Source: the human T2T-CHM13v2.0 reference genome, Homo sapiens
Assembly: GCF_009914755.1 (NCBI RefSeq)
Contig: NC_060933.1
Strand: one strand, 5' to 3'
Length of the DNA stretch: 64,000 nucleotides
Under the pieces are notes generated by a model, which was not told where the DNA came from, ran no database searches, and saw only the letters and a list, made by a program, of their open reading frames with translations. Below, piece by piece: positions 47,431 through 62,509 of the stretch (position 1 is its first letter; each line of letters starts with the position of its first letter). The position numbers were made by a program, and so were the translations under genes.

Positions 47431-48123
47431 TGACCTCCAGGGAAATGCTCGATAACCCACAGGTGTCTCAGGTAGGCCTTCACCCAGAGCAAACTGCTGT
47501 TGTCAACGCTCCACCAATAGTCATGGCAATTGCAAATCACTATAGAGCTTGTGAGTTCTGTGCTACACTATATGCTGTATTTCCTTGCAAAATATTTTTG
47601 GATTTTGCCAAAGTCTGGATAAGCCCCCATTAAAACCATTTATTGTGTACACTGCAGAAGAAAAGTTGAAAACCAGGCGACTAAGAAAAAGAAGACCAAT
47701 CAGGGGGCACACGGTGCATTGGGTTGAATCCCTAGCAGCTAGGGCAAGCCTGCTCAATAAAGATCTGTTGATTGAATGGCTATCAGAGCCATCCTGCAGG
47801 AGGAATTCTCTCTAGCTGGCAATCATGGAGGGAGGTATAGAAAAAAAAAGTGAATGAGCAGGGCTTTTTGAAGGTTAAACCTGCAGTTGGGGTCCATTAG
47901 TAATCAGAGGAACTTTAGGCCGCCCTGCTGAGGGATTATGGGAAAGGTCAGGGACGGGAAGGGCAGGAGGTGTAACCTTCCCATGCTGCACAGAGCAGTT
48001 CTTCCAAATTCTTCCTATTCCCTCTCATAAAGGGACAAAGCTAAGCATTAAAGTGGAAGAAAGGAACCATGAATGAAAAAGATTCTTCCTTAGGGGATTT
48101 AAAAAATTAAAATGTATGTACAA

Positions 48124-48330
48124 CAGTGGTTCTCAACTAGGGAGATTTTGCCCTTCTGAGAACATTTGGCAATGTCTGGAGACATTTTTGGTTGTCACAA
48201 CTGGATGGGGGTCCCTAGTGGCATTTAGTGCATTGTGGCTGCAAAACATTTTACAATGCACAGGACAGCCACTGCAAAAAAGAGTCATCAGGCCAAAATG
48301 TTGCTAGTGCCAAAGTTGAGAAACGCTGGC
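48124..48330. mobile_element. MER20-like hAT DNA transposon
   Basis: cagtggttctcaac..catttggcaatgtctggagacatttttggttgtcacaactgg..gttgagaaacgctg. Confidence 0.8.
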
Positions 48331-48401
48331 AAAGAAAACGAGGAAGCATGTTGGAGTGCCAAGGACACTGGATCGAGAGTCAAGGGCTTTGCAACCTTGT
48401 G

Positions 48402-48529
48402 AAGGGCCGTGTGACCTTGAGAAAGTCATTTCTCTTCTTCTGGTCTGAGACATTGAGAAGGTTGTCAAGGGCTGTGCAACCTTGAGAAAGTCATTTCCCT
48501 TCCTCTGGTCTGAGACATTGAGAAGGTTG
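48402..48529. repeat. 65-bp tandem duplication (MIR-like unit)
   Basis: Two copies of aagggc..ccttgagaaagtcattt..ctggtctgagacattgagaaggttg. Confidence 0.9.
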
Positions 48530-49070
48530 AACTAAATGGCAGACTGAATCCAGCAGTGGTATGTATCGTTCTAAGATAAAATTTGACTTTTATAAGGCTG
48601 CCTCTTTGGATGTAAGAATAGGTCTAGTCAAAAGGGGGCCTGGCTTCTGCCCTGTCTCCTTCTCCTTCTGTATCTTAATCCCTCCCTTCCTTCCATCTGC
48701 AAATGGTTACTGAACATCTACAATGTGCCAGGCATTGTCAGAGGGAGATAGAGGGCTAGAAATGCAAAGCGGTAAATGTGGATGCTCCCTCTGGAGCTTT
48801 CGGTCTAGTAGGAGGGAGAGACAACTAACAAACAGATCTAGCCTGTCAGGCAAAACACTGGGAACGACGCCTAATGCTATAATTCACCCAAAAGGAAGGT
48901 AAGTAAATATTTGCTCCTAAAAGACAGCCTGAACAGAAATGTCAGGAAAGATGGAATAGAGATCCCTCCAAGGCAAAGGCACTTGGTTTAGCAGGCAGGC
49001 TAGGGTAGTAATCAGAGGTTTGATGTCAGCACCAAGTCCATGGTCATGGCAGAGCCCCGGCCCTTGGCAC

Positions 49071-49189
49071 CTTGTTTATGTTGATGTGCAGAGGAGGCCA
49101 GGGTCCAGCAGCCTTCACAGTTTCCAGTTCCAGCTTCTTTAGATGGGCAGCGGCTTCACTGAACAAGGCAGGTGTTCCTGGACTCAGTT
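49071..49189 (-). CDS. EPB41L4B: EPB41L4B exon ([K]LSPGTPALFSEAAAHLKKLELETVKAAGPWPPLHININK)
   Basis: ttgtag acceptor, AAG|GTGCC donor, 119 nt, phase 1 to 0. Confidence 0.95.
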
Positions 49190-49739
49190 CTACAAAGCAG
49201 CCAGGAGAAATAAATAAGGAAAGGTTGAAAGGACAGATAGATACAGGGGAAAAGGGACACTTGCCAGCGCCCGATTCCCAGCACCCTTTCTGCCGGCCTC
49301 CTCCTCCAGCAGCTCTCATGCCTTCAGTATGCATCAGCTGATAGGGTGTGAGAATATCTGAGGTCAAGGTTTCAAGGCTTAACTGTCCCACACATGAGCT
49401 GGACGCCCCTGGGTACGTTGTTTTGCCTCTCTGACCCTCTGAGCCATTTAAAAATGAAAATAAAATTACTTACCTTGCAGGGTTGCTGTGAATATCCAAT
49501 GAAGTCATTTATGTATAAATGCTTTAAAAATGGAAAAGCATTATGCAAATTGGAAAGATTAGTGTTCAGGCAAACAGGCATATAACGTGCCCTTAAAAGC
49601 CATGTTATGTTCCTAAAATCAAATCCATTGATTTTTATTTCTGTGCTACTTTGGATTCATTTGCCACTACTTCTCCTTCCAGCTTGAATTTACTCATTAA
49701 TACATTAAATATTCATTAAATATTAAATATTCATTACAT

Positions 49740-50360
49740 ATTAAAACTTGTGCCAAGTATCGTTAGCAACTGGGATCTGGGAGCTGAAAGAAAGAGGTGA
49801 ATGAGACAAAATTTTAATCTAATGGGGATGACGGACACATGTGGAGATATTCCGAAGAAGACTGAGAAAAGGTTTATTTAATTGCTAAAGGAGCAGGACG
49901 GAACTGAGGATGGGTGTTAGAGAACATTTCACTGACAAGCGAACATTTGAATGGGCTGCTAAGGGATGTGTAGGAGTTCAACAAGGTGGGGAAAAGTATT
50001 CCAGGCAAAGGGAACAGCAGGTGCAAAGGACAGAGTTGAGACCCAGTAGAGTATTTTGTAAGAAGAGAGTAGTTCTGTGTAGCTAGAGTATGGTGAGGAG
50101 TGGAGGGAAGAATGAAGACCTTGGCAGGGGTCAGGATATGCAAGGTCTGTGTATGGCCCTGCTCAGAAGCGAGGACTTTATCCCAGACAGTGAAGAGCTA
50201 ATGAAAGGTCTTATGGCATGTGGTCAGAGTTATGTGGTGAGAACTATGACTTTGGCAGCTACTATTTGGAGATTGTCCTGGAGCGGGTGCCCCTTAGGAG
50301 GCTGTTATGGTTATTTAGATATACAAAGATGAGGCAGGGACTAGGGCATGGGCAGTGTGG
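49740..50360 (+). mobile_element. L2 fragment
   Basis: gtattccaggcaaagggaacagcaggtgcaaagg L2 motif. Confidence 0.55.
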
Positions 50361-50612
50361 ATAGTGATGAGGGACAGAGTTCGGATTCTTCAATACCAAG
50401 TGGGTGTCGAGTTTCCATTTCCAGCTCAGCTGACACAGAGTTGTTCCCTGTGGCCCCAAGGTGAAGGTTGGATGGCCCATCCTGTCTCAACAGCTCACAG
50501 ACTCACACAATATCAGAGCTGGAAGATTCCTTGGTCATCATCTCAATACCCTCTACCCTATTTCATGGATGAGAAAATAGAAGATCAAAGAGGGAACTCA
50601 GTTCAAGGGTAA

Positions 50613-51023
<411 letters not shown>

Positions 51024-51212
51024 CTCAGTACTTTTCAAACCACATTTGATAAACAACAGGTTCTTTTCATACCAAAGATGAATTCTTTGGTAACGTATAA
51101 TAAAAGTGAGTTTCTAGAAAAATAAAATAACGGACATGCAGAATCAAAGCCCATATTTTTATTAGATTTAAAAGATATAAACTCATTCTATCATATTGCT
51201 AACAATATTTCT

Positions 51213-51345
51213 GGGCTGGGTATGGTGGCTCATGCCTATAATCCCAGAACTTTGGGAGGCTGAAGCAGGAGTGTTGCTTAAGCCCAAGAGTTCAAGACCA
51301 TCCTGGGCAACATGGCAAGACCCTGTCATAAAATAAAATAATAAA
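51213..51345 (+). mobile_element. Alu monomer (FLAM-like)
   Basis: Left monomer plus (TAAAA)n tail. Confidence 0.8.
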
Positions 51346-51593
51346 ATTTCTAATTGCTCACTCTCTATTTTTGTAACTTCTCTTTCTGGGACCCATAACA
51401 GTAGACAGATTGGATCTACCTGACACCACTTTGCTCTCCCAAGTGGAATGTCAAAAATGGGATAGAATGAGTTTTTCTATGATGAAGAAAGTAGAAAGTC
51501 CAGCCATCACTCCCCTCCCCTCTTTCTCTTTTCCATTGCTCAAGCCAGTGCTGGGTACCACAGAGGCAGAGAACTGTTAAGAAAGGAGGTGGA

Positions 51594-52080
<487 letters not shown>

Positions 52081-52291
52081 TTAGAGTTTACTGGTAAACC
52101 ATAATCCCTAAAGTGCTTCTGCTCAAATGCATAAGGCTCTTGTCTACTCTGGCCCAAACCCGGTAGCCCAGCATAACATGACAACCATTGTGTGCTGCAC
52201 CGCAAGGGTCTGTCTTAAGAATCTAGGGAACTCTCGTGCCCTGCAGCATTGCTCCCCCTTCTCCTGCCTTGCCCCCTCCACCCCTACTCAC

Positions 52292-52515
52292 TTGTAAGGG
52301 ACTTGCTGCTGGAGTTTGGGGACCTCAGAGGCCCCTCTTTGTTCTCCAGGGTCAGTGAGAGGCTGTAGTTTGAGTGGTGCTGGTGCTGATGCTGATGCTG
52401 GTGCTGGTGGTGATGCCTTCCTGAAGCTGCGGTGAGGAACGGTGTGCCCCCATTCTCCTCAATGCCAAAAGGCAACCGGTCCGAGCTGCTAAGCACTGGG
52501 GAAGGGAGCGGGTAG
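52292..52515 (-). CDS. EPB41L4B: EPB41L4B exon ([S]YPLPSPVLSSSDRLPFGIEENGGTPFLTAASGRHHHQHQHQHQHQHHSNYSLSLTLENKEGPLRSPNSSSKSLT-K), first exon specific to the long isoform
   Basis: ccacag acceptor, A|GTGAGT donor, 224 nt, phase 2 to 1; the FERM-domain exons lie right of the window. Confidence 0.95.
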
Positions 52516-52933
52516 CTGTGGAGGGTGACACAGTCAGGATTTAGAAAAGCAGAATGCCTTGCAAGCCCTCTGTGTACTTTCAAAGACGTTTTCTAGGCAT
52601 TAAACACTGAAAGAAATAAACTCAAAAACTAGATCTGTAGTTATTATAAAGTATATACAATGGTAATATTATACTTAAGAAAAAGAGCAAAGTGGAAGTT
52701 TGTATATATCAGAGACTTTAAGTCTTGTAACTTAAAGAAGTATTTGAAATTAAATGAAATAATATTTATTTCTTTTTTTTAAAGGCATTCTCTAAATGAG
52801 AGGAAGAGGTAAAAACAATAATAAAAAATCATTTGTAAATAATCCTATGACAAGATCATAATGCAAACTAGAAGTCTTGGGGTCAGTTTCTCTTCCTCTC
52901 TGTCACCCACAACATGCAGAAAGCTCCAGTTAA

Positions 52934-53241
<308 letters not shown>

Positions 53242-53432
53242 TTACAACATCTTTTAATTCCAGTGGACCACCTCCTTTTAAAAAAAAAACAAAAAACAAC
53301 TAGGATTGCCCCATTTGAAGGCCGTGTCATCTCCCACCTAGACTCTTGTAACAGATTCCTGCTGGCTCTCCCCGTCTCTGCTCGTTCCTTTAGTCCATCC
53401 TCCACAGAGTAATTGCCAGAGTGCTATTCTAA

Positions 53433-53795
<363 letters not shown>

Positions 53796-54647
53796 TAACA
53801 CTAATAATTCTTAACCACTTTAAGACAGAAACCCCTTTGAAAATCTGGTGAATACCACGAACCTTCCCTGTACCAACAAACAACATTCTACACACAATAT
53901 CAGGCCCTCTAGAGCCTCTCCATGGACCCAGGTGAAGAGCCCTGGCTTGAAGGATAAAAGCCACAATCCTTTATGTGGCACTGACAGCACCTCCCCCCGC
54001 CCCCAGTCTTGGCCCTTTCTCTTTTCAGCCTCATCTCCTGCTACATCCTTCTACTTCCCACCCTAACTCCTTCCCATCCCGATGCCTCTTACTTCTTGGT
54101 GCCTCCTGAAGTCCTTCCTCATCTGTCAACCCAGTGAAAATACCCCTTCTTCCAGGAAGACTTCCAGCCTTTAAGACCCAGATAAAGATCCCTTCCTCTT
54201 ATTCCCTGGCAGGGCTAACCCCTTTTTCTGCTCATTCCCATGGTTCAGATCTCTACTGCCCACTCTTTCACTCTGTCTTCAAGGAACTCACACTCCAGAG
54301 TAGGAAGCTCTGTGATTCAGTCACTTACAATCATACTAGAACAAACTGCTAAGAAAATGCAGAAGTGGAAGCAATCAGTTCTCCTGGGGGAAGGTGTTTG
54401 TAAGGGAAAGAGCATTCGGGGGAAGACAGTTAGGTTTTGCTGGACAGTTCTTGAAACAGAATCTTCTTTCTTATAGGAAACCCCATTCCTTGTGTTTGTA
54501 TGGGATTGACATTTCCTCCTCAGGGGTGGGCCTGAGACTTGAGCCTGGCCAATCAGAGTCCTGCATCCTTCTAATGAGAGTGTTCTGGAATGTCATCCAA
54601 TTAGGGACAATCAGAGTTTTTCCTAAGATTTAACACATGAAAACTGA

Positions 54648-55023
<376 letters not shown>

Positions 55024-56103
55024 ACCTTTGTCCATTTTCTATAAAAATTAACTAAAAATTAAATTTCACAACTGCATAAAAGTAAATATGTTAATAACAT
55101 GTACTAAAACATTTTCTTCAACGGAAAATCCATTTTTTTCTTATTTTAAAAAATATTTAAAACCTTTTCGTGGGCCCCTGAAAGTATTGTGAGTCTAAGT
55201 ATTGTGTGCCTACTGTGTGTAATGGGTAAGCTGGCTCCGGCTGTAAGGATGATGGAAGTTAGGGCTCTTTGTGAACATCTTTTTTGGACACAGAGAAGTA
55301 GTCCCTGTGAGACTGAGGCCAATGCACAAAGAAAGACAAGATGAGCAGAGGTTAGAGGTAGTCAGAGAGAGAAGAAACTTAATGGTATCATTTTAGCTCC
55401 TGGTTCCAGCCACACCTGAAGCTGGCATTACCACTGAACTTTTCCATTATAAGCTCCAGTAAATGCCTTTATTTATTTATTGCTTGAAGTACTTGGGTTT
55501 TTCCAATTAATAACCCACATGCTTGAAATCAGAGGAGGTGTGTTATTTTGTCATTTGTGTGTGTAGAATTTCTTTTCAGTGGAAAAGGTAGAAACAGCTG
55601 TTCCAGGCCTAAGGAATAGCATGAGCAAAGGAACGGTGGTTGAAAGAGCAGGATGTCTGGAGAAGTGAGGAGGAAAGTAGCAGGAAGGGAGACTAAGACA
55701 GGCTGGGGCTAGTTATGAAGGGCTTAGAGTGCCTGGTTATCAAGGAAAGGGCTTAAGCAAGGGAGTTAGATTTTGGAGAGTTTGTTTTGAGCGCTGTGTG
55801 GAGGAGACTGGTTGGGGAGAGACTCCAGTATCTCTCTGTTAGGAGACTGCCGCAGGGCGGGATCTAGACTAACCTGGTGGATGGAGTGAGGTGAACTGCC
55901 TTCTGGGATATTTTGAAGCTGTGTAAGCAGGGCTTGCAGACCTGTCACTTGGGGACATTGGGAGGAGGTGTCATTGAGGACTGTGTTGCAGATGCAGGAG
56001 ACAGTCCAGAAGAAATGGCACTATTTGTCCCCTACATTGCCCCATGAGCTGCATCTCTGACCCATCTTGGCTGCCTCCTGGAGACTTTGCTCAAGGACGG
56101 TTC

Positions 56104-56173
56104 TGTGTGTGTGCGTGTGTGCACGTGCGTGTGTTGGTGTGTGTGAGCATATGTGTGTGTGCGTGTGTGTGTG
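56104..56173. repeat. imperfect (TG)n microsatellite
   Basis: Alternating TG/CG tract. Confidence 0.9.
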
Positions 56174-58527
56174 TAAGAATGTGGAAGAAGGCACGATTTT
56201 GGCTTCTGGGAAACACCATCCCTCCTCGCCTCTCCAACCTGAAACATAACCAGAGTATCCACCCTCTTCATGCCCCATGGAGGCAGCAAAAAGTGCCCTG
56301 AGTTGGAGTGGAAAAACCTGGGCTCAAGTCTTAGTTCTGCCCCTACTTTGCAGGAGAAGCTTGGGCAGTCACTCTGAGCCTCCATTCCCTCAGCTGTAAC
56401 GTGAGTTGGGTTAAGCGATTTCTGGGCAAATTTAGGTATCTGAGAATCATCCTTTCCCCCAACTATTTATCCAGTACTTGCTGTATGTCTCAGATACTGT
56501 GCTAGGTATTTTACAGAAAAGATTCCCTTTTAAAAACATGGAGACCTTTACCTGTTATATAGCAGGTGTTCCATAAATATTTGATGGAAGGAAGAAGGGA
56601 GGGGAGGGAGGGGGAGGAAGGAAGAATGAAAGGAAGGATGGATTAATGAAGTTGTGCAGCTAGGATTTGACGACAGGTCTGTGGACCCCAAAGCCTGTTA
56701 ATATTTTTCCTGTCTTGCAAATATGTTGAAAATAATATCTGTCCTAAGGAGCTGCAGAGACTGGGAGCTCATAACAGAGAAAATTCCCCTTTGCTTGGAA
56801 GGCCTGGAGAGGGCTTCCCAACTGAGGGGCTCGTCTTCCACCCTGCCCTTCTTCCTTGCTGCCGCCAGCTTATTAAAGGTCTGACACCATCATTGTCTAG
56901 GTGGGAGGGACAAATCAGAGAAACATCAAAAGGAAAAGATAGGGATACTAGCTGGATTTGAGAAAGGGAGAATGTGGAGATATGGAAGGGTCAGAAAACT
57001 CCAATTATTTTTTAGCCTAGAGGACCAGGCAAATGGCATGTCATTAATAGAAAAAAAGAGGTGGCAAATGAGAGCTGCTTTGAGCAGAGAAAATTATGAT
57101 CGACCATCACGTGGGTAACAAAGAGTGTGAGAATGAACACCCAAAGGGAAAGATGTCTTGTAGCAGAGATCTGGCGTACATTCAGGGCTGGAGGTGGAGT
57201 TGGAAAGCTTTGAGTAAGAGTTCCTGAGGGATGGCAAATAGATATCATCTGTCATGCCAACTCCAATTGATTTGCACTCTCTGCTTGGAGTGCAAGATTC
57301 AGAAGGAGTCTGAGGTTGTGCCCAACTCAGGGGGAAAGAGTGCTGTGATTGATTATTGATGTCTGCCATGGACTTGGAAGAGCACAGTGGTATCATGCAT
57401 TTGTCTTTCCAAGTTAAAAGTGAGTGGTATTTAAAACTTTTTTATTTCAAGGAAACCCAGAGTAAAGAGTTAAACAGTAAAAAGATATATATGCAGGGAG
57501 TGAGAAAGTGCATTTCATAACACGTCAAATAAAATATGCATGTGTGACCTTCATCTTATAGCTACTTTGGAGAGAGGCAGAGAAAGAAACAAATGAAAAG
57601 AGAAATAGATGAGGGTCAGAGAAGCTGCCTGAAGCCGCCTGAATCTGCTCAGGTGAAAGGTCTTTCGCAGAGCAAAGGTTCCTAAGCAAGCAGTAGAATG
57701 ACTCGGGTGCTTTCTCAGCTCACACGCCTGGGGGATCATCCTGAAGATTCTAACATGGAGAAGTTTTGTGGGGTTGCTCATGGCTTCATGGATTGTGCCC
57801 TGCGGAACTCCTGGAGATGCCACTCACCGACTACAATGTAAATGACATTCACTAGGTTGCGCATCTTCCCTCTTCATAGAGACCTCAGAGGTCAAGCCCA
57901 CCCTAGAAGGTCCAGCAGTACTCAGAGACCTTGGCTAAGGCCCAGGAGATGAGGCCTGCTGCACACTCAACATCACCAGAGACTGAGGTTCATGAGACTC
58001 CTGGCATTCTGGAAAGGAGGTCCCACATCCTGGTTTTCAGGGTGGGTGACAGAGGACAGATGTAGGCTTCAGTCTCTGCCTTCATGAGCTGGCAGTTGAA
58101 AAGAAATCTAGTGTGGAAGAAGGGGCTGCTATGTGCCTAGCACTGTGCTAGGCACTTTAATGGTTAATTTTCAGTTTTCCTGCAAGGAAGCTGCTGGTGC
58201 CCCCTTAGACACTGGGGCTTAGTGAAAGGGAGTAATGTGCCCTGTTAGTAAATGCAGAGTGAGAACTGACCCTGATCTCATTTCTTCTCTTCCCTTTTCT
58301 CAGGGGAAGACCCAGTTCCCATTTGGCCTCCAACTCCAGAAAAGCTAGTGTTCCTACTGGGGCCTAGCCATAAGAGACTTTATTGCTTGCAGAACAAGTG
58401 ATGTTACAGGGGCTCTTCCAGCCCTGCCTAATCCCACATGTACCCCCAACCAGAGCATCTCCTCTCCCTGACCCTGGACTGCCAGACAACCAAACATGTG
58501 GTGCTCAGTCAAAATTGTTGCATGCTA

Positions 58528-58822
58528 GGCCGGGCGCAATGGTTCACACCTGTACTTCCAGCATTTTGGGAGGCCAAGGCAGGAGGATTGCTTGGGCCTA
58601 GGAGTTCGAGACCGGGCAACATGGGGTGATCCCATTTCCACAACAACAACAAAAAATTAACCCGGTATGGTGGCACATACTGTGGTCCTAGCTACTCAGG
58701 AGGCTTAGATGGAGAATTGCTTGAGCCTGGGAGGTCCAGGCTGCAGTGTGATCCAAGATCGAGCCACTGTTCTCCAGCTTAGGCAAGGAGCAAGACCCTG
58801 TCTCAAAAAAAAAAAAAAAAAA
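58528..58822 (+). mobile_element. AluJ
   Basis: TSD aaaattgttgcat. Confidence 0.85.
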
Positions 58823-59049
58823 ATTGTTGCATATTGCATAATGGTATCCTCTGGAATCCACCACCAGAATTGTGACCAGTGCTGGGCATGGCTTTCTCTC
58901 AACAACAAGGCTGAGTGATCAATGCCCCAAAAAGCCAATCACAGACTCTACAGCTCAGCCCAGCTCTGAGTGACATGGGCTTTTCAGGGGAGCCCTGGGG
59001 ATCTAATCCTGGATAAGAAATCACAGAATTTTAGAAATGGAGCCCCTCA

Positions 59050-59433
<384 letters not shown>

Positions 59434-59439
59434 ACGAGG

Positions 59440-60080
59440 GGAAACTCCTATACACTGCTGGAGAAAATGCAAAATAGTGCAGCCAGTTTGAAAAACAGCT
59501 TGGCAGTTCCTCAAAGAGTTGAACATTAGTTACCATATGACTGAGCAAGCCCACTTCTAGTATATGCCCAAGAGAAATGAAAACAGGTCCATGCAAAAAC
59601 TTACATGTGAATGTTCATAGCAGCATTATTCATAAGAGCCAACAGGTAGAAACACCCCAAATATCCATCAACTGATGAATGGATAGACAGAACATGGTCT
59701 ATCCATACAAAAGAACATTATTCAGCCACAAAAGGGAATGAAATATTGAGCAGGCCATGATGTGGATAAACTTTGAAAACATGATATACTACATGAAAGA
59801 AGCCAGACACAAAAAGGACAAGTATTATATTATTCCATTTATATAAAACATCTAGAATAGGCAAATCCATAGAGGTAGAAAGTGGATTACCGGCTACCTA
59901 GGACTAGGGAGGATGGTGGACGGGGGGAAGGGGGAGTGACTGCTAATGGGTGTGGAGTTTCTTCTAGGGGTGATGAAAATGTTCTAAAATTATATTGCAG
60001 CGATGGTTGCACAACTTGGTGAAAATACTAAAAAACATTAAGTTGTACAATTGATGTGTATCTTAAAGCTGATAAAAATA
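59440..60080 (+). mobile_element. L1MB-like 3' end
   Basis: cactgctggagaaaatgcaaaatagtgcagcc..gatggttgcacaacttggtgaaaatactaaaa. Confidence 0.8.
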
Positions 60081-60690
60081 TCACAAGAAGAGGTTTTGAA
60101 AAGTATCAATGCCCAGGCCCTTCCCCAGACTAATTACATCATAATCTATCTCTAAATCCAATGTGTGGCCAGGGCTGAGAACCATTGCTGTAGTAGTCCA
60201 ACCTCCTCATTTTGCACATGGGGGGATGGGGGCTCGCTATGGGGAGGGAGGTGACCAGGTCACACAGCAGGTACCTGCCTGATCCTGGGACACAGTCCAG
60301 ACTCCTGCCTCTCTGCTCGCTGCCTCAAGTGCTGCCCATCTGCTGCCTCTTTCCATCTGTCTTGGCTTCTATTTAAGGCAGCAAGTGCACTCATCAGGAA
60401 AATCCAAGTCCTCCTCAGAACCCCCTGGCTAAGACATCCTTGTGTATGTATCTTGTCCTCCCAGCCATACAGTTAACTCTGTAGGAACAGAGACTGTCAC
60501 ATCACATGTTTTCGTGTCCTCCACTGTGCTAAGAAAAGTACTAAGCACATAGCAGGTGCTCAACTAATACTGGTTAGACGGAGAACAAAATGAAATATCA
60601 GTGCATTTGGTACATATTTGAAGGCCAGCTCTTGTGCCTGGTACTGTGCCATGCACAAGGATAAAGACAAATGAGATGTTATCTTTGCCC

Positions 60691-61041
60691 TGTATTAGTC
60701 CGTTTTCACACTGCTGGTAAAGACATACCCGAGACTGGGCAATTTACAAAAGAAAGAGGTTTGATAAATTCACAGTTCCACGTGGCTGGAGAGGCCTCAT
60801 AATCATAGTGGAAGGTGAAAGGTACATCTCACATGGCGGTAGACAAGAGAGAATGAGAGCCAAGTGAAAGGGGAAACTCTTATAAAACCATCGAATCTCA
60901 TGAGACTTATTCACTACCACAGTAGGGGGGAAACTTCCCCGATTCAATTATCTCCCACCAGGTCCTTTCCACAACACTTGGGGATTGTGGGAGCTACAAT
61001 TTGAGATGAGATTTGGGCGAGGACACAGCCAAACCATATCA
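60691..61041 (-). mobile_element. THE1 (MaLR) solo LTR
   Basis: Complete ~350-bp LTR tgtattagtccgttttcac..gacacagccaaaccatatca, inserted in an L2 remnant. Confidence 0.9.
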
Positions 61042-61459
61042 GCCTTCAAGGAGCTCACTGCTACCTTGATACATGGGGTAGGGGTGCCCAACCCAAGTGG
61101 AACCAACAAGGAAGACTTCCTGGGGTAGTGATGCTTGAAGCAGGTCCTGGCTCCTGAAGGATGATGGCAGTGGCTGGGGGAGGGACTGCATAGGGTGCTC
61201 TGGGTAGAGGGCACTGCATGTGCTAAGGCCTGGAGTTGGCAATGCATGCTAACTGGAGAGGGGACTTGCCTGAGCTCCATGTTGGCATGAGAGTGAACTT
61301 CCAGCTTTTATTTTTCACAATTCGATTATGAACTCATCAGGAGTTTATGTGTATATTGTGAAGTAAAGTCCTAACTTTTTCTGAAATGGAGAGCCAATTG
61401 TTCTAAGATCACCCAAAGAATCATTCACCCTTGCCCCATGAACTTGTGATGCCATCTTC

Positions 61460-61945
61460 ATATGTGTCTGCCACTTTCCTGAGTGCTCTCAGATCCTTTC
61501 TCTGCTCCCCTGCAACTTACACTGTTTACAGGAAACTTTACTTCTCAGGCTCCCTGTCCTCTGGCTTTTACATAGGTTTGGTCAATGGGAGGCACTGACA
61601 TGGACTGGAGGGTGAATACAGGAGACAAGTCAGGGTATTTCTCCTTCATTTCTTCATGCCTCCAGTGATGTTTCCAAAAGCAGCCATGAGTTCTCTGTGG
61701 CTCCAGCTCCCTCTAGACTGTCTTCCTGCTACCTTAGCTCCTGGGTGCTATAACACTGCCACTTCCCCTTGTCCCTCCAGCTCTAGGAGTGATAAGCAGG
61801 TTCTGTTTGTTGCTAATTTATAGGTTACCTCACTGTCCAATTAAGTTTCTTAGTTTTTTCAGCCCTTGTATAACCAATTCCCTGAATTAAATTCCCTCTG
61901 TAAGAAATGCCTAGAGTAGTTTCAGTTTTCGGATTGCCCATGACT
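61460..61945 (+). mobile_element. LTR33-like ERVL LTR
   Basis: ggtttggtcaatgggaggcactg..attaaattccctctg..tagagtagtttcagttttc. Confidence 0.55.
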
Positions 61946-61977
61946 TATATACAATCAAAACCTCTCTTTGGATTTTT

Positions 61978-62217
61978 CATATATATATATATATATATAT
62001 GTATGAAGAATATATATATATATGAAGAATATATATATGAAGAATATATATGAAGAATATATATATGAAGAATATATATATGAAGAATATATATATGAAG
62101 TATATATATGAAGAATATATATATGAAGAATATATATATGAATATATATATGAAGAATATATATGAAGAATATATATATGAAGAACATATATATATGAAG
62201 AATATATATATATATAT
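61978..62217. repeat. AT-rich minisatellite (GAAGAA(TA)nT), about 14 units
   Basis: Unit gaagaatatatatat with length variants, at the tail of an antisense Alu. Confidence 0.95.
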
Positions 62218-62509
62218 TTGTTTTTTACAGACAGGGTTTCCCTCTGTTGCCCAGGCAAGAGTGCAGTGGCACAATCATAGCTCACTTGCAGCCTTGAATT
62301 CCTGGGCTCAAGCAATCTTCTTCTCTCAGCCTCCCGAGTACCTACAACTACAGGTGTGCACTACCACACCTGGCTAATTTTTCATTTTTTTTATAGAGAC
62401 AGGGTCTCATCATGTTGCCCAGGCTGGTCTCAGATCCTGGTCTTAAGCGGTCCTCCCACTTCTCATCCTAAAGCACTGGTATTACAGGCATGAGCCTCTG
62501 TGCCTGGCC
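62218..62509 (-). mobile_element. AluJ
   Basis: Antisense Alu. Confidence 0.85.

Noticed and set aside
49025-49045. TCAGCACC half-site suggesting a REST/RE1 element (also at 1682)
   Set aside because: The right half (GGACAG) is missing; not a credible RE1
61945-62377. Ile/Tyr/Ser-rich ORFs
   Set aside because: Translation of the AT-rich minisatellite and the adjacent Alu
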